A stretch of DNA of 64,000 nucleotides from Planctomycetota bacterium (GCA_046290465.1 JBKAGP010000001.1:4640001-4704000), one strand, 5' to 3'; positions 9,293 to 19,132 are shown, counted from the stretch's first letter. Program-made: numbers and translations. The notes: a model not told the origin generated them from the sequence alone.

Positions 9293-9730
9293 ATGGACAT
9301 CTACACCAGACTGAAGCAAGACCACCGACGCCAGCGCGAACTCGCGGCGCGACTCGCCGATACCAGCGGCGACTCCGCGGATCGGCAGCAACTCTGGCAG
9401 CAGTTCCGTGCCGAGCTGGAGAGCCACGCCAACGCGGAAGAGCAGACCCTCTACGCCGCTTTGATCGAGCGTCCCGAGGCACAGGAGAAGGCGCAGCACA
9501 GCATCGCCGAACACAAGGAAGCCTCCGACCTGATCGAGGAGCTCGACGACATCGACATGTCGAGTCCGGCCTGGCTGCAGAAGTTCAAGCAGCTCCAGGA
9601 CGAGGTCGAGCACCACCTCGACGAAGAGGAGGCCGAGGTGTTCCCGCTGGCCAGCCAGCTGTTCGACTCGAGCCTTGCCGAGCACCTCGGCGCGAAGTTC
9701 GACGAGCGCAAGGCTGCCGAGTGCGCGTGA
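9293..9730 (+). CDS. Hemerythrin/HHE cation-binding domain protein
   Basis: LKQDH, HANAEE, EHKEA, HHLDEEE motifs. Confidence 0.92.
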   Translation: MDIYTRLKQDHRRQRELAARLADTSGDSADRQQLWQQFRAELESHANAEEQTLYAALIERPEAQEKAQHSIAEHKEASDLIEELDDIDMSSPAWLQKFKQLQDEVEHHLDEEEAEVFPLASQLFDSSLAEHLGAKFDERKAAECA

Positions 9731-9805
9731 GCTACCGGCTGCACCTCATCCATCCACGACCACTTTCATCCACGACCACATCCGTCCGACCCACGAGAAC
9801 CTCCC

Positions 9806-10249
9806 ATGACCGACAACAAGCATCAGAACGACATCGACCGACTCAATTCCTTCCTTCGCGGCGAGATCTCCGCCGTCGAGACCTACCGGCAAGCGCTCGA
9901 GAAGGTCGAGGACGCGACCGCCGAGGTCGTGCTGCGTAACAACCTGGCCAACCACCAGGGGCGCGTGACCAGCCTCGCCGCCAGGATCCTGCGCCTGGGC
10001 GGCGAGCCCGCCGAGAGCAGCGGCGTGTGGGGCGCGTTCGCCAAGGCGATCGAAGGCGGCGCGAAGATCTTCGGCGAGTCCGCCGCGGTCGCCGCGCTCG
10101 AAGAGGTCGAGGACCACGGCCTGCACGACTACCAGAACGACCTCGACCGCCTCTCGCCGGAGATTCGCCAGATGGTCGCGACGGAGTTGCTCCCCGAACA
10201 GCAGCGCACCCACGATGCGCTGTCGCGCCTGAAGAAGGCGATGAACTGA
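9806..10249 (+). CDS. DUF2383/PA2169-family ferritin-like four-helix protein
   Basis: LNSFLRGEISAVETY, H..RV..L, LEEVEDHGLHDY. Confidence 0.88.
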   Translation: MTDNKHQNDIDRLNSFLRGEISAVETYRQALEKVEDATAEVVLRNNLANHQGRVTSLAARILRLGGEPAESSGVWGAFAKAIEGGAKIFGESAAVAALEEVEDHGLHDYQNDLDRLSPEIRQMVATELLPEQQRTHDALSRLKKAMN

Positions 10250-10344
10250 TCGACGACGCGCCGCACGTCCGCTTCATGCGGACGTGCTGCACTTCCCGAC
10301 GTCCCCGGCGCTCGCCGCCCACCGTGTCCGAAGCGTGACCCCCC

Positions 10345-11745
10345 GTGAAGTTCCTCCCGTGCCTGCTGTTCTCGTCGTTCCTGCTGCTGTCGCCGGCAGC
10401 GTTGGCGCAGCAAGCGCCCGACCCGAAGGCTCCTGAGGGGCTGCAGTCCTCGCAGAAGGAGGTCGAGGTCGAGCAGGTCACCGACGACGACCGCATCACC
10501 GACCGTCTGCGCGACATCCTGGCGACGACGGAGCGATTCCCCGACGTCGACCTGCGCGTCGAGCACGGCGTCGCGCTGGTGCGCGGCACCGTCGCCGACG
10601 AAGCGGAGCGCGCGTGGGTCGTCGACCTTGCGAGCAACACCGAGGGCGTGGCGGCGGTCTCCAGCCAGCTCAAGCTGCGCGAATTGCCGGTGTGGAACCT
10701 GACGCCCGCGCTCGATGAACTCGGCGGCTTGTGGCGCCAGTTCGTCGAATCGCTGCCGCGGATCCTGGCCGGAGTGCTCATCCTGATCGGCGTGATGATG
10801 TCGGCGGGCCGCGCGGCGAGGTGGTTGAGCAAACCCCTCGAACGCCGCATCTCCAGCGAACTGCTGCGGTCGGTTGCCAACAAGGCCGTGCTGGTGGCGT
10901 TCTGGCTGTCGGGCATCTACGTGTTCCTGCGCGTCTCCGGTCTGACCCAGGTAGCGATGACCGTCGTCGGCGGCACCGGCGTGCTCGGCATCGTGCTCGG
11001 CTTCGCGTTCCGCGACATCGCCGAGAACTTCCTCGCCAGCGTGCTGATCAGCCTGCAGCGCCCGTTCCGTTACGGCGACACGATCGAGGTCGACGGACAC
11101 CTCGGCGTGGTGCAGCGCGTGACCCCGCGCGGCACCATCCTGATGGACTTCGACGGCAACTACATCCAGATCGCCAACGCGCAGGTCTACAAGAGCACGA
11201 TCAAGAACTACACGGCCAACCCCAACGTCCGTCAGGACTTCACGGTGGGCATCGGCTACGACGTCGACGTCGTGCACGCCCAGGAGGTCGTGATGGAGAC
11301 CCTGCGCGAACACTCGGCCGTGCTCGCCGATCCGCGCCCGATGGTGCTCGTGCGCGAACTGGCCTCGTCGACGATCAACCTGCAGGTCTACTTCTGGATC
11401 GACGGCAGCAAGCACAGCCAGCTGAAGGTGCGTTCGGCGCTGATGCGGCTGGTGTTGAGCGCGTTGGAGCGCGAGGGTGTCAGCATGCCGGACGATGCTC
11501 GCGAGATCATCTTCCCCGACGACGTGCCCGTGCGCATGCTCGACAGCACGGCGGCCGCGGCCGCGTCCGCGTCCGAGGACGATGCTGGCGCGAGCGACGA
11601 CCGACCCGCGCAGCGTTCGCCGGAGTTGCAGGCCGAGGCGACCGCTGCCGAAGGCAGCCTCGAGAGCGAGACGCGCGAGGTCAACGACCAGGCCAGGCGG
11701 TCCCGTTCGCCCGAGGAGGGCGAGGACGTGCTCGCGGCGAACTGA
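10345..11745 (+). CDS. BON-domain + MscS small-conductance mechanosensitive channel
   Basis: BON (DDRITDRL..VRGTV..), GIVLGFAFRDIAENF, RPFRYGDTIEV. Confidence 0.92.
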   Translation: MKFLPCLLFSSFLLLSPAALAQQAPDPKAPEGLQSSQKEVEVEQVTDDDRITDRLRDILATTERFPDVDLRVEHGVALVRGTVADEAERAWVVDLASNTEGVAAVSSQLKLRELPVWNLTPALDELGGLWRQFVESLPRILAGVLILIGVMMSAGRAARWLSKPLERRISSELLRSVANKAVLVAFWLSGIYVFLRVSGLTQVAMTVVGGTGVLGIVLGFAFRDIAENFLASVLISLQRPFRYGDTIEVDGHLGVVQRVTPRGTILMDFDGNYIQIANAQVYKSTIKNYTANPNVRQDFTVGIGYDVDVVHAQEVVMETLREHSAVLADPRPMVLVRELASSTINLQVYFWIDGSKHSQLKVRSALMRLVLSALEREGVSMPDDAREIIFPDDVPVRMLDSTAAAAASASEDDAGASDDRPAQRSPELQAEATAAEGSLESETREVNDQARRSRSPEEGEDVLAAN

Positions 11746-11757
11746 CGCCGCGCGCGC

Positions 11758-13371
11758 TCAGAACAGCTGCGCGTCGCCGCTCTCCGGGTCGACGTAGCGC
11801 ACCGCGTAGAGGCTGGCCCGCCGGTCGTCCCACGGCTGGAACGTGCCGGCGTGACGCATGCGCCGCAGCAGTTCGAGGTCGACGTCGTGGATCACGAGCG
11901 TCTCGATATTGGGCGTGCACTCACCGCCGATGCCGTCGCGCGCGAACGAGAAGTCGACGGGCGTGAACACACCGGACTGCGAGTAGTGCACGTCGGCGTT
12001 CTGCACGAACGGCAGGTTGCCGGTCGCGCCGGAGATCGCGACGTAGACGTTGTTCTCGACGGCGCGGGCCTGCGCGCAGTAGCGCACGCGCAGGTAGGCC
12101 TGCCGGTTCTCGGTCGAGAACGGCACGAACAGCAGCCGCGCACCGCGGCTGACGGCGACCCGGGCGATCTCGGGGAACTCGACGTCGTAGCCGAGCAGGA
12201 TCGCGACCTTCCCGCAGTCGGTGTCGAACACCTCGATGCCGTCGCCGGCCTCCAGACCCCACCAGCGCCGCTCCGCCGGCGGAATGTGCAGCTTGTACTG
12301 CTTGTCGATCGTGCCGTCGCGGCGGAACAGGTAGGCGATGTTGTAGAGGTGGTCGTCCTCGACGGTGAACTGCGAGCCACCGACGATGTTGACGTTGTAC
12401 TTGATCGACATCCTCGTGAAGAACTCGAGGTAGGCCGGCGTGTGCTCGGCGAGCGCGCGCGCCGCGTCGCTCGGCCGCCGCTTGGTATCGGCGACCGCCA
12501 GCAGCTGCGTCGTGACCAGCTCCGGGAACACGACGAAGTCGGCTTTGCTGTCCGACGCGGTATCGAGGAAGTACTCGCACTGCGCGCAGAACTCCTCGAA
12601 CGTCTCGAGGTGCCGCATCTGGTACTGCACCGCGCAGATCCGCGCCAGCGCCACCGACTGCATGCGGCGCGGCGCGGTCTCCTCGACGTGGTCGAGGTTG
12701 GTCCACTCCAGGTGCGTCGCGAAGCCGCGCGATGCGGTGTCGGACGGGAAGTAGTTCGGGATCAGCTTCTTCAGCACGAAGCCGTTGGCGACCTGCGTCG
12801 TCAACACCGGGTCGTAGAGGCCGCGGCTGACGACCTTCTCGACATACTCACGCGGGGACAGTTCGTCCGCGTACTTGCCGTAGCCGGGGATGCGGCCGCC
12901 GATGATGATGCGCGCGAGGTTGTGCCGCCGCGCGATCTCCTTGCGCACCTCGTACAGCCGCCGCGCCAGGCGCATGCCGCGGTACTGCGGGTGCACCATG
13001 ATCTCGATGCCGTAGAGGGTGTCGCCGTTGGCGTCGTGGTTGCGGATGTAGCCGCCGTCGGCGATCTCGCGCCAGTCGTGCCACTCGTCGTGCATGCCGA
13101 AGTCGACGATCAACGAACTGCACGAGGCGACGATCTGCCCCTGGTACTCGATGCACGCCTGGCCCTCGGGGAACAGCGTCAGCTGGCTCTCGATCTGGTC
13201 GCGGCCCCACGGCTCCATGCCCGGAAAGCAGCGCTTCGCCATCTCGACCAGCTGCTCGTAGTCCTCGATGCGGGTCTGGCGCAGCAGGATCTTCTTCTCG
13301 AACGCCTCGAGCGGCAGCTCCCCGAACTCGTTCGGTTCGGGGGGCACGTCACCGGTGGGGGGCTGGCTCAT
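11758..13371 (-). CDS. Bifunctional GNAT acetyltransferase / carbon-nitrogen hydrolase (YhcX-like)
   Basis: FPEGQACIE, HPQYRGMRLA, FVVFPEL, QYKLHI, YDVEFPE; start set at MSQPP. Confidence 0.92.
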   Translation of the reverse strand: MSQPPTGDVPPEPNEFGELPLEAFEKKILLRQTRIEDYEQLVEMAKRCFPGMEPWGRDQIESQLTLFPEGQACIEYQGQIVASCSSLIVDFGMHDEWHDWREIADGGYIRNHDANGDTLYGIEIMVHPQYRGMRLARRLYEVRKEIARRHNLARIIIGGRIPGYGKYADELSPREYVEKVVSRGLYDPVLTTQVANGFVLKKLIPNYFPSDTASRGFATHLEWTNLDHVEETAPRRMQSVALARICAVQYQMRHLETFEEFCAQCEYFLDTASDSKADFVVFPELVTTQLLAVADTKRRPSDAARALAEHTPAYLEFFTRMSIKYNVNIVGGSQFTVEDDHLYNIAYLFRRDGTIDKQYKLHIPPAERRWWGLEAGDGIEVFDTDCGKVAILLGYDVEFPEIARVAVSRGARLLFVPFSTENRQAYLRVRYCAQARAVENNVYVAISGATGNLPFVQNADVHYSQSGVFTPVDFSFARDGIGGECTPNIETLVIHDVDLELLRRMRHAGTFQPWDDRRASLYAVRYVDPESGDAQLF

Positions 13372-13545
13372 CGTGGATCTCTTGCAATCATCTCGCCGAT
13401 GCCGCGGCTGATCTCGGCGCGCGGTCGTTCGGCGGCGGGAACGATAGCGGCGGCACTGCCGGCGCAACCAAGATCCTGGGGAATGTCGCGGTAGGCGGTC
13501 GTCCGGGCGGTTGTGGCCGCCCGCGCGCCGCGGTAGGTAGGGGGC

Positions 13546-14124
13546 ATGAGCCGATCCCAGCGCAGCCGGTCCCTCCGCGGCAGATCCCTCCGCGGCCGGG
13601 CCCTCCGCCGGGCGTCGTGGCTGCCGCTCGCGGTGCTGGCCGCGTGCGGTGCCGGGACCGAAGGCACTGCCGAGCTCGAACAGCGCCTGCTGGCCGCGGC
13701 CGAACGCATGGCGGTGGCGTTCACGACGATGGACCTGGATGCGCAGGTCGAGCTGACCCACCCGTCGGTGGTCCGGCAGCTCGGCGGCGAGCAGGGCTAC
13801 CGGCGGGTGCTGGAGCGCGGCAAGGCCAGCCTCGCCAAGGTCGAGCCGCCCAAGGGTCGGATCACCGGCGTCGATGGCCTGGTGGTGCGCGGCGAGAGCG
13901 CGTTCGCGTTCGTCCGCATCGAGCTGGAGATGACCAACCAGTCGGGCGAGCGCGGCGTCGTCGACTCCTACTTCGCCGCCGAGTCGCCGGCGGACGGCTC
14001 GTCGTGGAAGTTCCTCGACGGCAGCGGCCTGCAGGGCAGCCTCGCGCTGCTGCGCAAGGCGATCCCGGCGTGGCCGGACGAACTGCCCCCGCCGCAGACG
14101 GCCGGGACGTTCCGGAAGCTCTGA
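13546..14124 (+). CDS. Hypothetical lipoprotein
   Basis: Lipobox LAAC; typical codon usage. Confidence 0.7.
   Translation: MSRSQRSRSLRGRSLRGRALRRASWLPLAVLAACGAGTEGTAELEQRLLAAAERMAVAFTTMDLDAQVELTHPSVVRQLGGEQGYRRVLERGKASLAKVEPPKGRITGVDGLVVRGESAFAFVRIELEMTNQSGERGVVDSYFAAESPADGSSWKFLDGSGLQGSLALLRKAIPAWPDELPPPQTAGTFRKL
13567..13611 (+). repeat. 15-bp tandem repeat x3 in the signal-peptide region
   Basis: CGGTCCCTCCGCGGC / AGATCCCTCCGCGGC / CGGGCCCTCCGCCGG. Confidence 0.8.
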
Positions 14125-14502
14125 TCAGACGCTGCGCGTCAGCCGGCTGCCCGCGTCGTTCTCGGTCCGGTCGTAGCCGCGCAGCACCTTCTTGCCGCGC
14201 CGCTGCTTGCCGAGCTCCTTGCGGATGCCGTCGAGGCCGGCCTTCATCGCGTGCTGCAGCAGGCCGAAGGTGGTCGCGGCACGTTCGCGCAGCTTGCGCT
14301 CCGCTGGCGTATCGGTCGCGCCGTCGCCGGCCGCGCGTGCGTGGGCCTCGGCCTGTTCGAGCAGGCTGGTCACCGTGTCGAGCTCGTCGCGGGCCATGGC
14401 CTCGTGGGCCTGGCTCCAGCAGGCGTCGAGCTCCTGCAGCGCGAACGCGACGTCACTCTGCGTCGCGTAGGCGTCGGCTTCGCTAGGCCGGGACGATGCC
14501 AT
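14125..14502 (-). CDS. Helical protein in the FliT position (putative FliD chaperone)
   Basis: Overlaps the fliS end; helical; C-terminal RRGKKVLRGY. Confidence 0.55.
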   Translation of the reverse strand: MASSRPSEADAYATQSDVAFALQELDACWSQAHEAMARDELDTVTSLLEQAEAHARAAGDGATDTPAERKLRERAATTFGLLQHAMKAGLDGIRKELGKQRRGKKVLRGYDRTENDAGSRLTRSV

Positions 14503-14863
14503 CCCAGCCTTCCTTGAGCGTGCGCATGACCTGCAGCGTCGCGTTGACGCCGTCGATCGTACGCTGCAGGTTGGCCTGGCTGAGCTGGTCGAGCGAGAAC
14601 TCGTAGAGCGAGTCCAGGTTGCGCGAGATGTCGCCGCCGGCCGCGTGGTCGAGGCTGGCGCGCAGTTCGCCGATGATGCCCATCGCCTTGCTGAGGGCGT
14701 TGCCGACCTCCTGCGAACGGGCCGTCGACGGATCCTCGATGCCGGCGCGCGCCTGCTCGAGGTTCTTGAGGGCGCCGTCGTAGAGCATCTTGACGAGCTT
14801 CTCCGGCGAAGCCGTCATCACCGCGTTGCGTTGGTAGGTCGCCGCTGCCTGTGCGTAAGTCAT
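14483..14863 (-). CDS. fliS: Flagellin chaperone FliS
   Basis: YQRNAVMTASPEKLVKMLYDGA, ELRASLD, NLDSLYEF, LKEGW. Confidence 0.97.
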   Translation of the reverse strand: MTYAQAAATYQRNAVMTASPEKLVKMLYDGALKNLEQARAGIEDPSTARSQEVGNALSKAMGIIGELRASLDHAAGGDISRNLDSLYEFSLDQLSQANLQRTIDGVNATLQVMRTLKEGWDGIVPA

Positions 14864-14906
14864 GGGGGTCTCCTTTACCTGTCTCTCTTCTTCGGGGTTG
14901 GTCTGG

Positions 14907-16280
14907 TCACGCTTGTGCGATGTTGCCGATCGAGCTGCCCTGGCCCTGCAGGCGCGTCAGCAGCGTCTCGAGGTTGGCGTACTTCTGCGTCAGCCGCTCC
15001 TCGTAGAGGGTCAGCCGCCGCTCGGCGTCCTCGATGCGGTCCTTGGTCTGCTTGATGCGCCGGTCGAAACCTTCGGTGCGCGTCTTGATCAGGCCGTCGA
15101 CCGAGTCGGTGTAGAGGTCGATCTGGTCCTCGAGGGACTTGGCGATGCCGAACGTGTTGGAGGAGAACAGCGCGGTGACCGCGTCCTCGTCCTCGGCGAG
15201 CGCCTCCTCGAACTTGCTCTGGTTGAACTCGAGCTTGCCCTGCGTGTCGGCGGTGATGCCGATCTGCGAGAGCAGCTGGAACGCCTCGTTGCCGGTCTCG
15301 ACCGAGCCGCCGACGATGCTGCGCAGGCTCGATCGGATCGAGCGCAGCGTGGTGTCGCCGAACAGCGGGCCCGACGCGTTGCCCTCTTCGTCGACCTGGT
15401 TCTGCGCTTCGAAGAAGTCGACCAGGCTGTTGTAGGCCTCGACGAACTCCTTGACGTTGGTGCTCGTCTCCTCGCCGTCGGTCGCGACGGTGATCGTGAC
15501 GGTCTCGGCGAGGTCCGCGGACTTCAGGTCCAGCGTGATGCCGTTGAACAGGTCGCTGATCGTGTTGGTCGACCGGTAGGCGGTGACCCCGTTGACCTCG
15601 AGCTTGGCGTCCTGCGCCGCGGTCTCGTTGGCGTTGAGCGTGTTGACGAGGTCCTGGAAGCCGGTGCCGCCGTCGTCGTAGGTCAGCGTGAAGCCGTTCT
15701 CGGCGCCGGGCTCCTCGGAGCGCAGCACCAGCTGGTAGCGCTGGCTCGGGTCGGGGTTGCCCGACCCGGTGTCGACGACCTCGGCGCGCACGCCGCTGTT
15801 GTCGGTCTCGGCGTTGATCGCCGCGGCGATCGAGTCGAGGTTGTTGTTCGCGGTGATGAAGTAGGTCTCGCCACCCGAGTCGATCTGCAGTGAGACGGTC
15901 GAGTTGGAGTTGGCGATCGGGTCGCTCGGCGACGCGGCGCCGGCCTTGTTGATCTGGCCGCTGGCGAGGCGCTCGACCTTGACCTCGTAGGTCCCCGGCG
16001 TCGCCGTGCTGCTGGCGCTCGCCGTCAGGATGTCCTCGTTGCTCGACGTCGCCGACATCGACAGGAAGCTGCTGGTCGTCTTCAGCTTCTTGGCGGCGTC
16101 CGTCAGCTTGGTCAGCAGGCCGTCGAGGTCGCCGAACAGCGACTTCTGCTTCTTGAGATCGCTCTCCTTCTGCTCGAGCTGGAAGATCGGTCGCTGCTCG
16201 ACCGCGACCAGCGCCGAGATGATCGCCTGCGTGTCCAGACCGGACGCGAGGCCACCGAAGCTGATTCCTGCTGTGGACAT
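14907..16280 (-). CDS. fliD: Flagellar filament cap FliD
   Basis: GLASGLDTQAIISAL, AAQDAKLEVNG, FVEAYNSL, GPLFGDTTLRSI. Confidence 0.97.
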   Translation of the reverse strand: MSTAGISFGGLASGLDTQAIISALVAVEQRPIFQLEQKESDLKKQKSLFGDLDGLLTKLTDAAKKLKTTSSFLSMSATSSNEDILTASASSTATPGTYEVKVERLASGQINKAGAASPSDPIANSNSTVSLQIDSGGETYFITANNNLDSIAAAINAETDNSGVRAEVVDTGSGNPDPSQRYQLVLRSEEPGAENGFTLTYDDGGTGFQDLVNTLNANETAAQDAKLEVNGVTAYRSTNTISDLFNGITLDLKSADLAETVTITVATDGEETSTNVKEFVEAYNSLVDFFEAQNQVDEEGNASGPLFGDTTLRSIRSSLRSIVGGSVETGNEAFQLLSQIGITADTQGKLEFNQSKFEEALAEDEDAVTALFSSNTFGIAKSLEDQIDLYTDSVDGLIKTRTEGFDRRIKQTKDRIEDAERRLTLYEERLTQKYANLETLLTRLQGQGSSIGNIAQA

Positions 16281-16315
16281 GATTAGGTTGGCGCGGAACG
16301 GATTCCGCTACGGAA

Positions 16316-16343
16316 CTATCGGAACGGGCCCGGGGTCACTTGA
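16316..16343 (-). promoter_or_regulatory. Sigma28 (FliA)-like promoter of fliD
   Basis: TCAAG-N15-TCCGATAG on the minus strand. Confidence 0.65.
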
Positions 16344-16413
16344 CCGCGCAGTCGAGATTCCGGCCTTGTCGCCGGCGATTCGCCGCGGCTGCTGGGCCCA
16401 GAGGCCGGCCTCG

Positions 16414-16488
16414 GGCATGCCGGTCTCAGGTGTGCCGGTCCAGGGTGTGCCGGTCCAGGGCGTGCCGGTCCACGGCGTGCCGGTCGAG
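16414..16488. repeat. 15-bp tandem repeat x5 between flaG and fliD
   Basis: GGYRTGCCGGTCNNN units at 16414, 16429, 16444, 16459, 16474. Confidence 0.92.
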
Positions 16489-16510
16489 AACGTGCCTAGA
16501 ACGTGTCGGA

Positions 16511-16918
16511 CTAGAACTTGCGGTCGAGCAGCGCGCCGTGGAACTCGCGCAGCTGTTCGAACAGCCCGCCGGCTTCGCCCTCGGGGACCTGCCTGAGCAG
16601 TTCGCCGGTGTCGCGGTCGCGAATCTGGAACGTCACCTGCTCCTGCTGCACGTCGACCTGGATGTCGAGCTCCGTGCTGCCGGGGATCCGCAGGAACCTG
16701 GCGATCTTCTCCTGTGCCTCGCGGCGTCGCGCCTCGTCGTTGGCGTCCCGCTCGAGCCGGCTCTGCTGGTCCGTCTGGCTCGACGCCAGCGGCCCACCGT
16801 GCTGTGGCTCGACGGGCCGGGGCGCGTCGTCCGGCTGTTCGACGCGCTCCTGCGGCGCGGTCTTCTGCGTGCGCAGGTCCTGCGCGCGATCTCCGAGGGA
16901 TGTGCGATCGAGGTCCAT
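16511..16918 (-). CDS. flaG: Flagellar protein FlaG
   Basis: VTFQIRDRDTGELLRQVPE...GALLDRKF; located between flagellin and fliD. Confidence 0.92.
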   Translation of the reverse strand: MDLDRTSLGDRAQDLRTQKTAPQERVEQPDDAPRPVEPQHGGPLASSQTDQQSRLERDANDEARRREAQEKIARFLRIPGSTELDIQVDVQQEQVTFQIRDRDTGELLRQVPEGEAGGLFEQLREFHGALLDRKF

Positions 16919-17003
16919 GTCGTCTCCTGTTTCCAGATGGTCGCCGCCGGATCCTCACGGTCCGGCCGACGACCTCCTCCCGCCGAGCCTCGCTCGCCCT
17001 CGA

Positions 17004-17831
17004 TCAGCCCAACAGACGGAGGGCCGACTGCGGTTGAGCGTTGGCCTGCGACAGGACCGAGATGCTGGCCTGCTGCAGGATGTTGTTGCGCGTCAGCTGC
17101 GCCGTCTCGAAGGCGACGTCGACGTCGCGGATCCGCGATTCGGCAGCACTGAGGTTCTCGCTGGTGATCGCGAGGTTGTTGATCGTGCTGCCCAGACGGT
17201 TCTGGACGGCGCCGAGCGAACCGCGCAGCGAGCTGATCGCGTTGATGGCCGAGTCGATGTTGGTGATCGCCGTCGTGGTCGAACCGCTCGAGCCGATGTC
17301 GAGCGAGTTGAGCGCCAGCGACGTGCTCAGCGCGGCCGACAGGCTGACCGAGATCGTGTCGATGCCGGTCGTGGTGCCATAGCCGACCTGGAAGCTGACC
17401 GCGCTGGACGAGCCGTCGAGCAGCTTGATGCCCGAGAACTCGGTCGAACGGCCGATCCGGTTGACCTCGTTGACCAGGCTGGTGAACTCCTCGTTGAGCG
17501 TCGACTTGTCCTGGTCGCTGACCGAGCCGTTGCTGGCCTGGATCGACAGTTCGCGCAGGCGGGTCAGGATCGAGCTGACCTCGTTGAGCGCACCTTCCGC
17601 GGTCTGCACCAACGAGATGCCGTCGTTCGCGTTCCGCTTGGCCTGGTCGACCGAACGGATCTGCGAGCGCAAGCGCTCGGAGATCGCGAGGCCAGCAGCA
17701 TCGTCGGCCGCCGACGAGATGCGAAGGCCAGTGGACAGGCGGCGGAAGTTGCCGCTGAGCTTCTCACTGACGCCAGCCAGGTTGCGCTGTGCGTTGATCG
17801 AAGCGGTGTTGGTGTTGACTCGAAGTCCCAT
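17004..17831 (-). CDS. fliC: Flagellin 1 (275 aa)
   Basis: [36 protein letters not shown]; start reset to MGLRVNTN. Confidence 0.98.
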   Translation of the reverse strand: MGLRVNTNTASINAQRNLAGVSEKLSGNFRRLSTGLRISSAADDAAGLAISERLRSQIRSVDQAKRNANDGISLVQTAEGALNEVSSILTRLRELSIQASNGSVSDQDKSTLNEEFTSLVNEVNRIGRSTEFSGIKLLDGSSSAVSFQVGYGTTTGIDTISVSLSAALSTSLALNSLDIGSSGSTTTAITNIDSAINAISSLRGSLGAVQNRLGSTINNLAITSENLSAAESRIRDVDVAFETAQLTRNNILQQASISVLSQANAQPQSALRLLG

Positions 17832-17892
17832 TTTCTCCCCGTTGCGTAGCTCGTTAGTGGTGTGTGGGGCACGCCTGGACGCGCCATGAAGT

Positions 17893-17921
17893 GGATCGGC
17901 ATAGCCGGGGAAGGGACCTGA
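17893..17921 (-). promoter_or_regulatory. Sigma28-like promoter of flagellin 1
   Basis: TCAGG-N16-GCCGATCC. Confidence 0.5.
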
Positions 17922-18006
17922 AGGCCAAACGTCGGATTTCTGGCCGCACTGTGCGATTCCACGACGTTCTGCCAATGGCAACGCGCCGTGGACGTCGCAC
18001 GATCCA

Positions 18007-18834
18007 TCAGCCGAGCAGGCGCAATGCGGTCTGCGGCAGCGCGTTGGTCTGCGCGAGCACGCCGACGGCAGCCTGCTGCATGATCTGCAGGCGGGTGAGC
18101 TGGGCGGTCTCGTAGGCGACGTCGACGTCGCGGATGCGCGACTCGGCCGCGGTGAGGTTCTCGGCGGTGGCGCCCAGGTTGCTGATCGTCGACTGCAGGC
18201 GGTTCTGGGTCGCGCCGAGGCGGCCGCGCAGGCCCGACACCGAGTCGATCGCCGAGTCGATCGCGGTGATCGCGGCGGTCGGGTTGCCGGTGCTGCCGAT
18301 GTCGAGCGTGTCGATGCTCAGGTCGGCGGCCCGCGCCGAGCTCAGGTTGACCGACAGCGTGTCGACGCCGGTGGTCGTGCCGATGCCGACCTGGAACGTC
18401 ACCGAAGCCTGCGAGCCGTCGAGCAGGTTGATGTTGTTGAACTCGGTCGACTGCGCGATCCGGTCGATCTCGTCGACCAGGTCCGAGAACTCCTGCTGCA
18501 GCGTGTCGCGGTCGGCGCCGGACACCGTGCCGTTGTTGGCCTGCACCGACAGCTCGCGCAGCCGCAGCAGCAGGTTGCCGGTCTCGTCGAGCGCGCCCTC
18601 GGCGGTCTGCACCATCGAGATGCCGTCGTTGGCGTTGCGCCGCGCCTGGTCCATCGAGCGGATCTGCGCCCGCAGCCGTTCGGAGATCGCCAGGCCGGCG
18701 GCATCGTCGGCGGCGGTCGCGATGCGCAGGCCGCTGCTGAGCCGGCGGAAGCTCTGGCCGAGCTTCTGGGTGACGGAGCCGAGGCTGCGCTGGGCCTGGA
18801 TGGACGCGATGTTCGTGTTGACGGTCAGTGCCAT
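18007..18834 (-). CDS. fliC: Flagellin 2 (275 aa, most divergent copy)
   Basis: [40 protein letters not shown]. Confidence 0.98.
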   Translation of the reverse strand: MALTVNTNIASIQAQRSLGSVTQKLGQSFRRLSSGLRIATAADDAAGLAISERLRAQIRSMDQARRNANDGISMVQTAEGALDETGNLLLRLRELSVQANNGTVSGADRDTLQQEFSDLVDEIDRIAQSTEFNNINLLDGSQASVTFQVGIGTTTGVDTLSVNLSSARAADLSIDTLDIGSTGNPTAAITAIDSAIDSVSGLRGRLGATQNRLQSTISNLGATAENLTAAESRIRDVDVAYETAQLTRLQIMQQAAVGVLAQTNALPQTALRLLG

Positions 18835-18998
18835 GTCGTCTGTTCCCCTGTTGTCTCGCCGGCGGTCGTGCCGGCGACGGGGATTCACGGCGAGACCGCG
18901 GTCGGCTTCAGCGAGAACTGTCGGCTTTCTGGACGGTGCCCCGGATCGAGACGCGGTCGTGGTTGCAGCAGCGGCCGCACCAGCGCCGGCTGGCGGTT

Positions 18999-19082
18999 GC
19001 CCTCGGCGAGCATCGCGACGCCCTGCTCGGCATCGCGGCGCGCCTGGTCGTAGCTGCGGATCCGCGCGCGCAGCCGTGCGGA
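18999..19082 (-). pseudogene. Decayed flagellin N-terminal fragment
   Basis: [28 protein letters not shown] aligns with [30 protein letters not shown]; no in-frame start nearby. Confidence 0.7.
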
Positions 19083-19132
19083 CCTCGGAGCCGGCCGTGC
19101 TGGCTCGCGCCGGTCGCCACGAAGGCCCGCAA

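Noticed and set aside
18918..18945. Sigma28 promoter for flagellin 2 (and a similar site at 60391-60419 before motA)
   Set aside because: The -10 is plausible (GCCGACAG / GCCGATGG) but the -35 is poor, and GCCGA is common in this DNA
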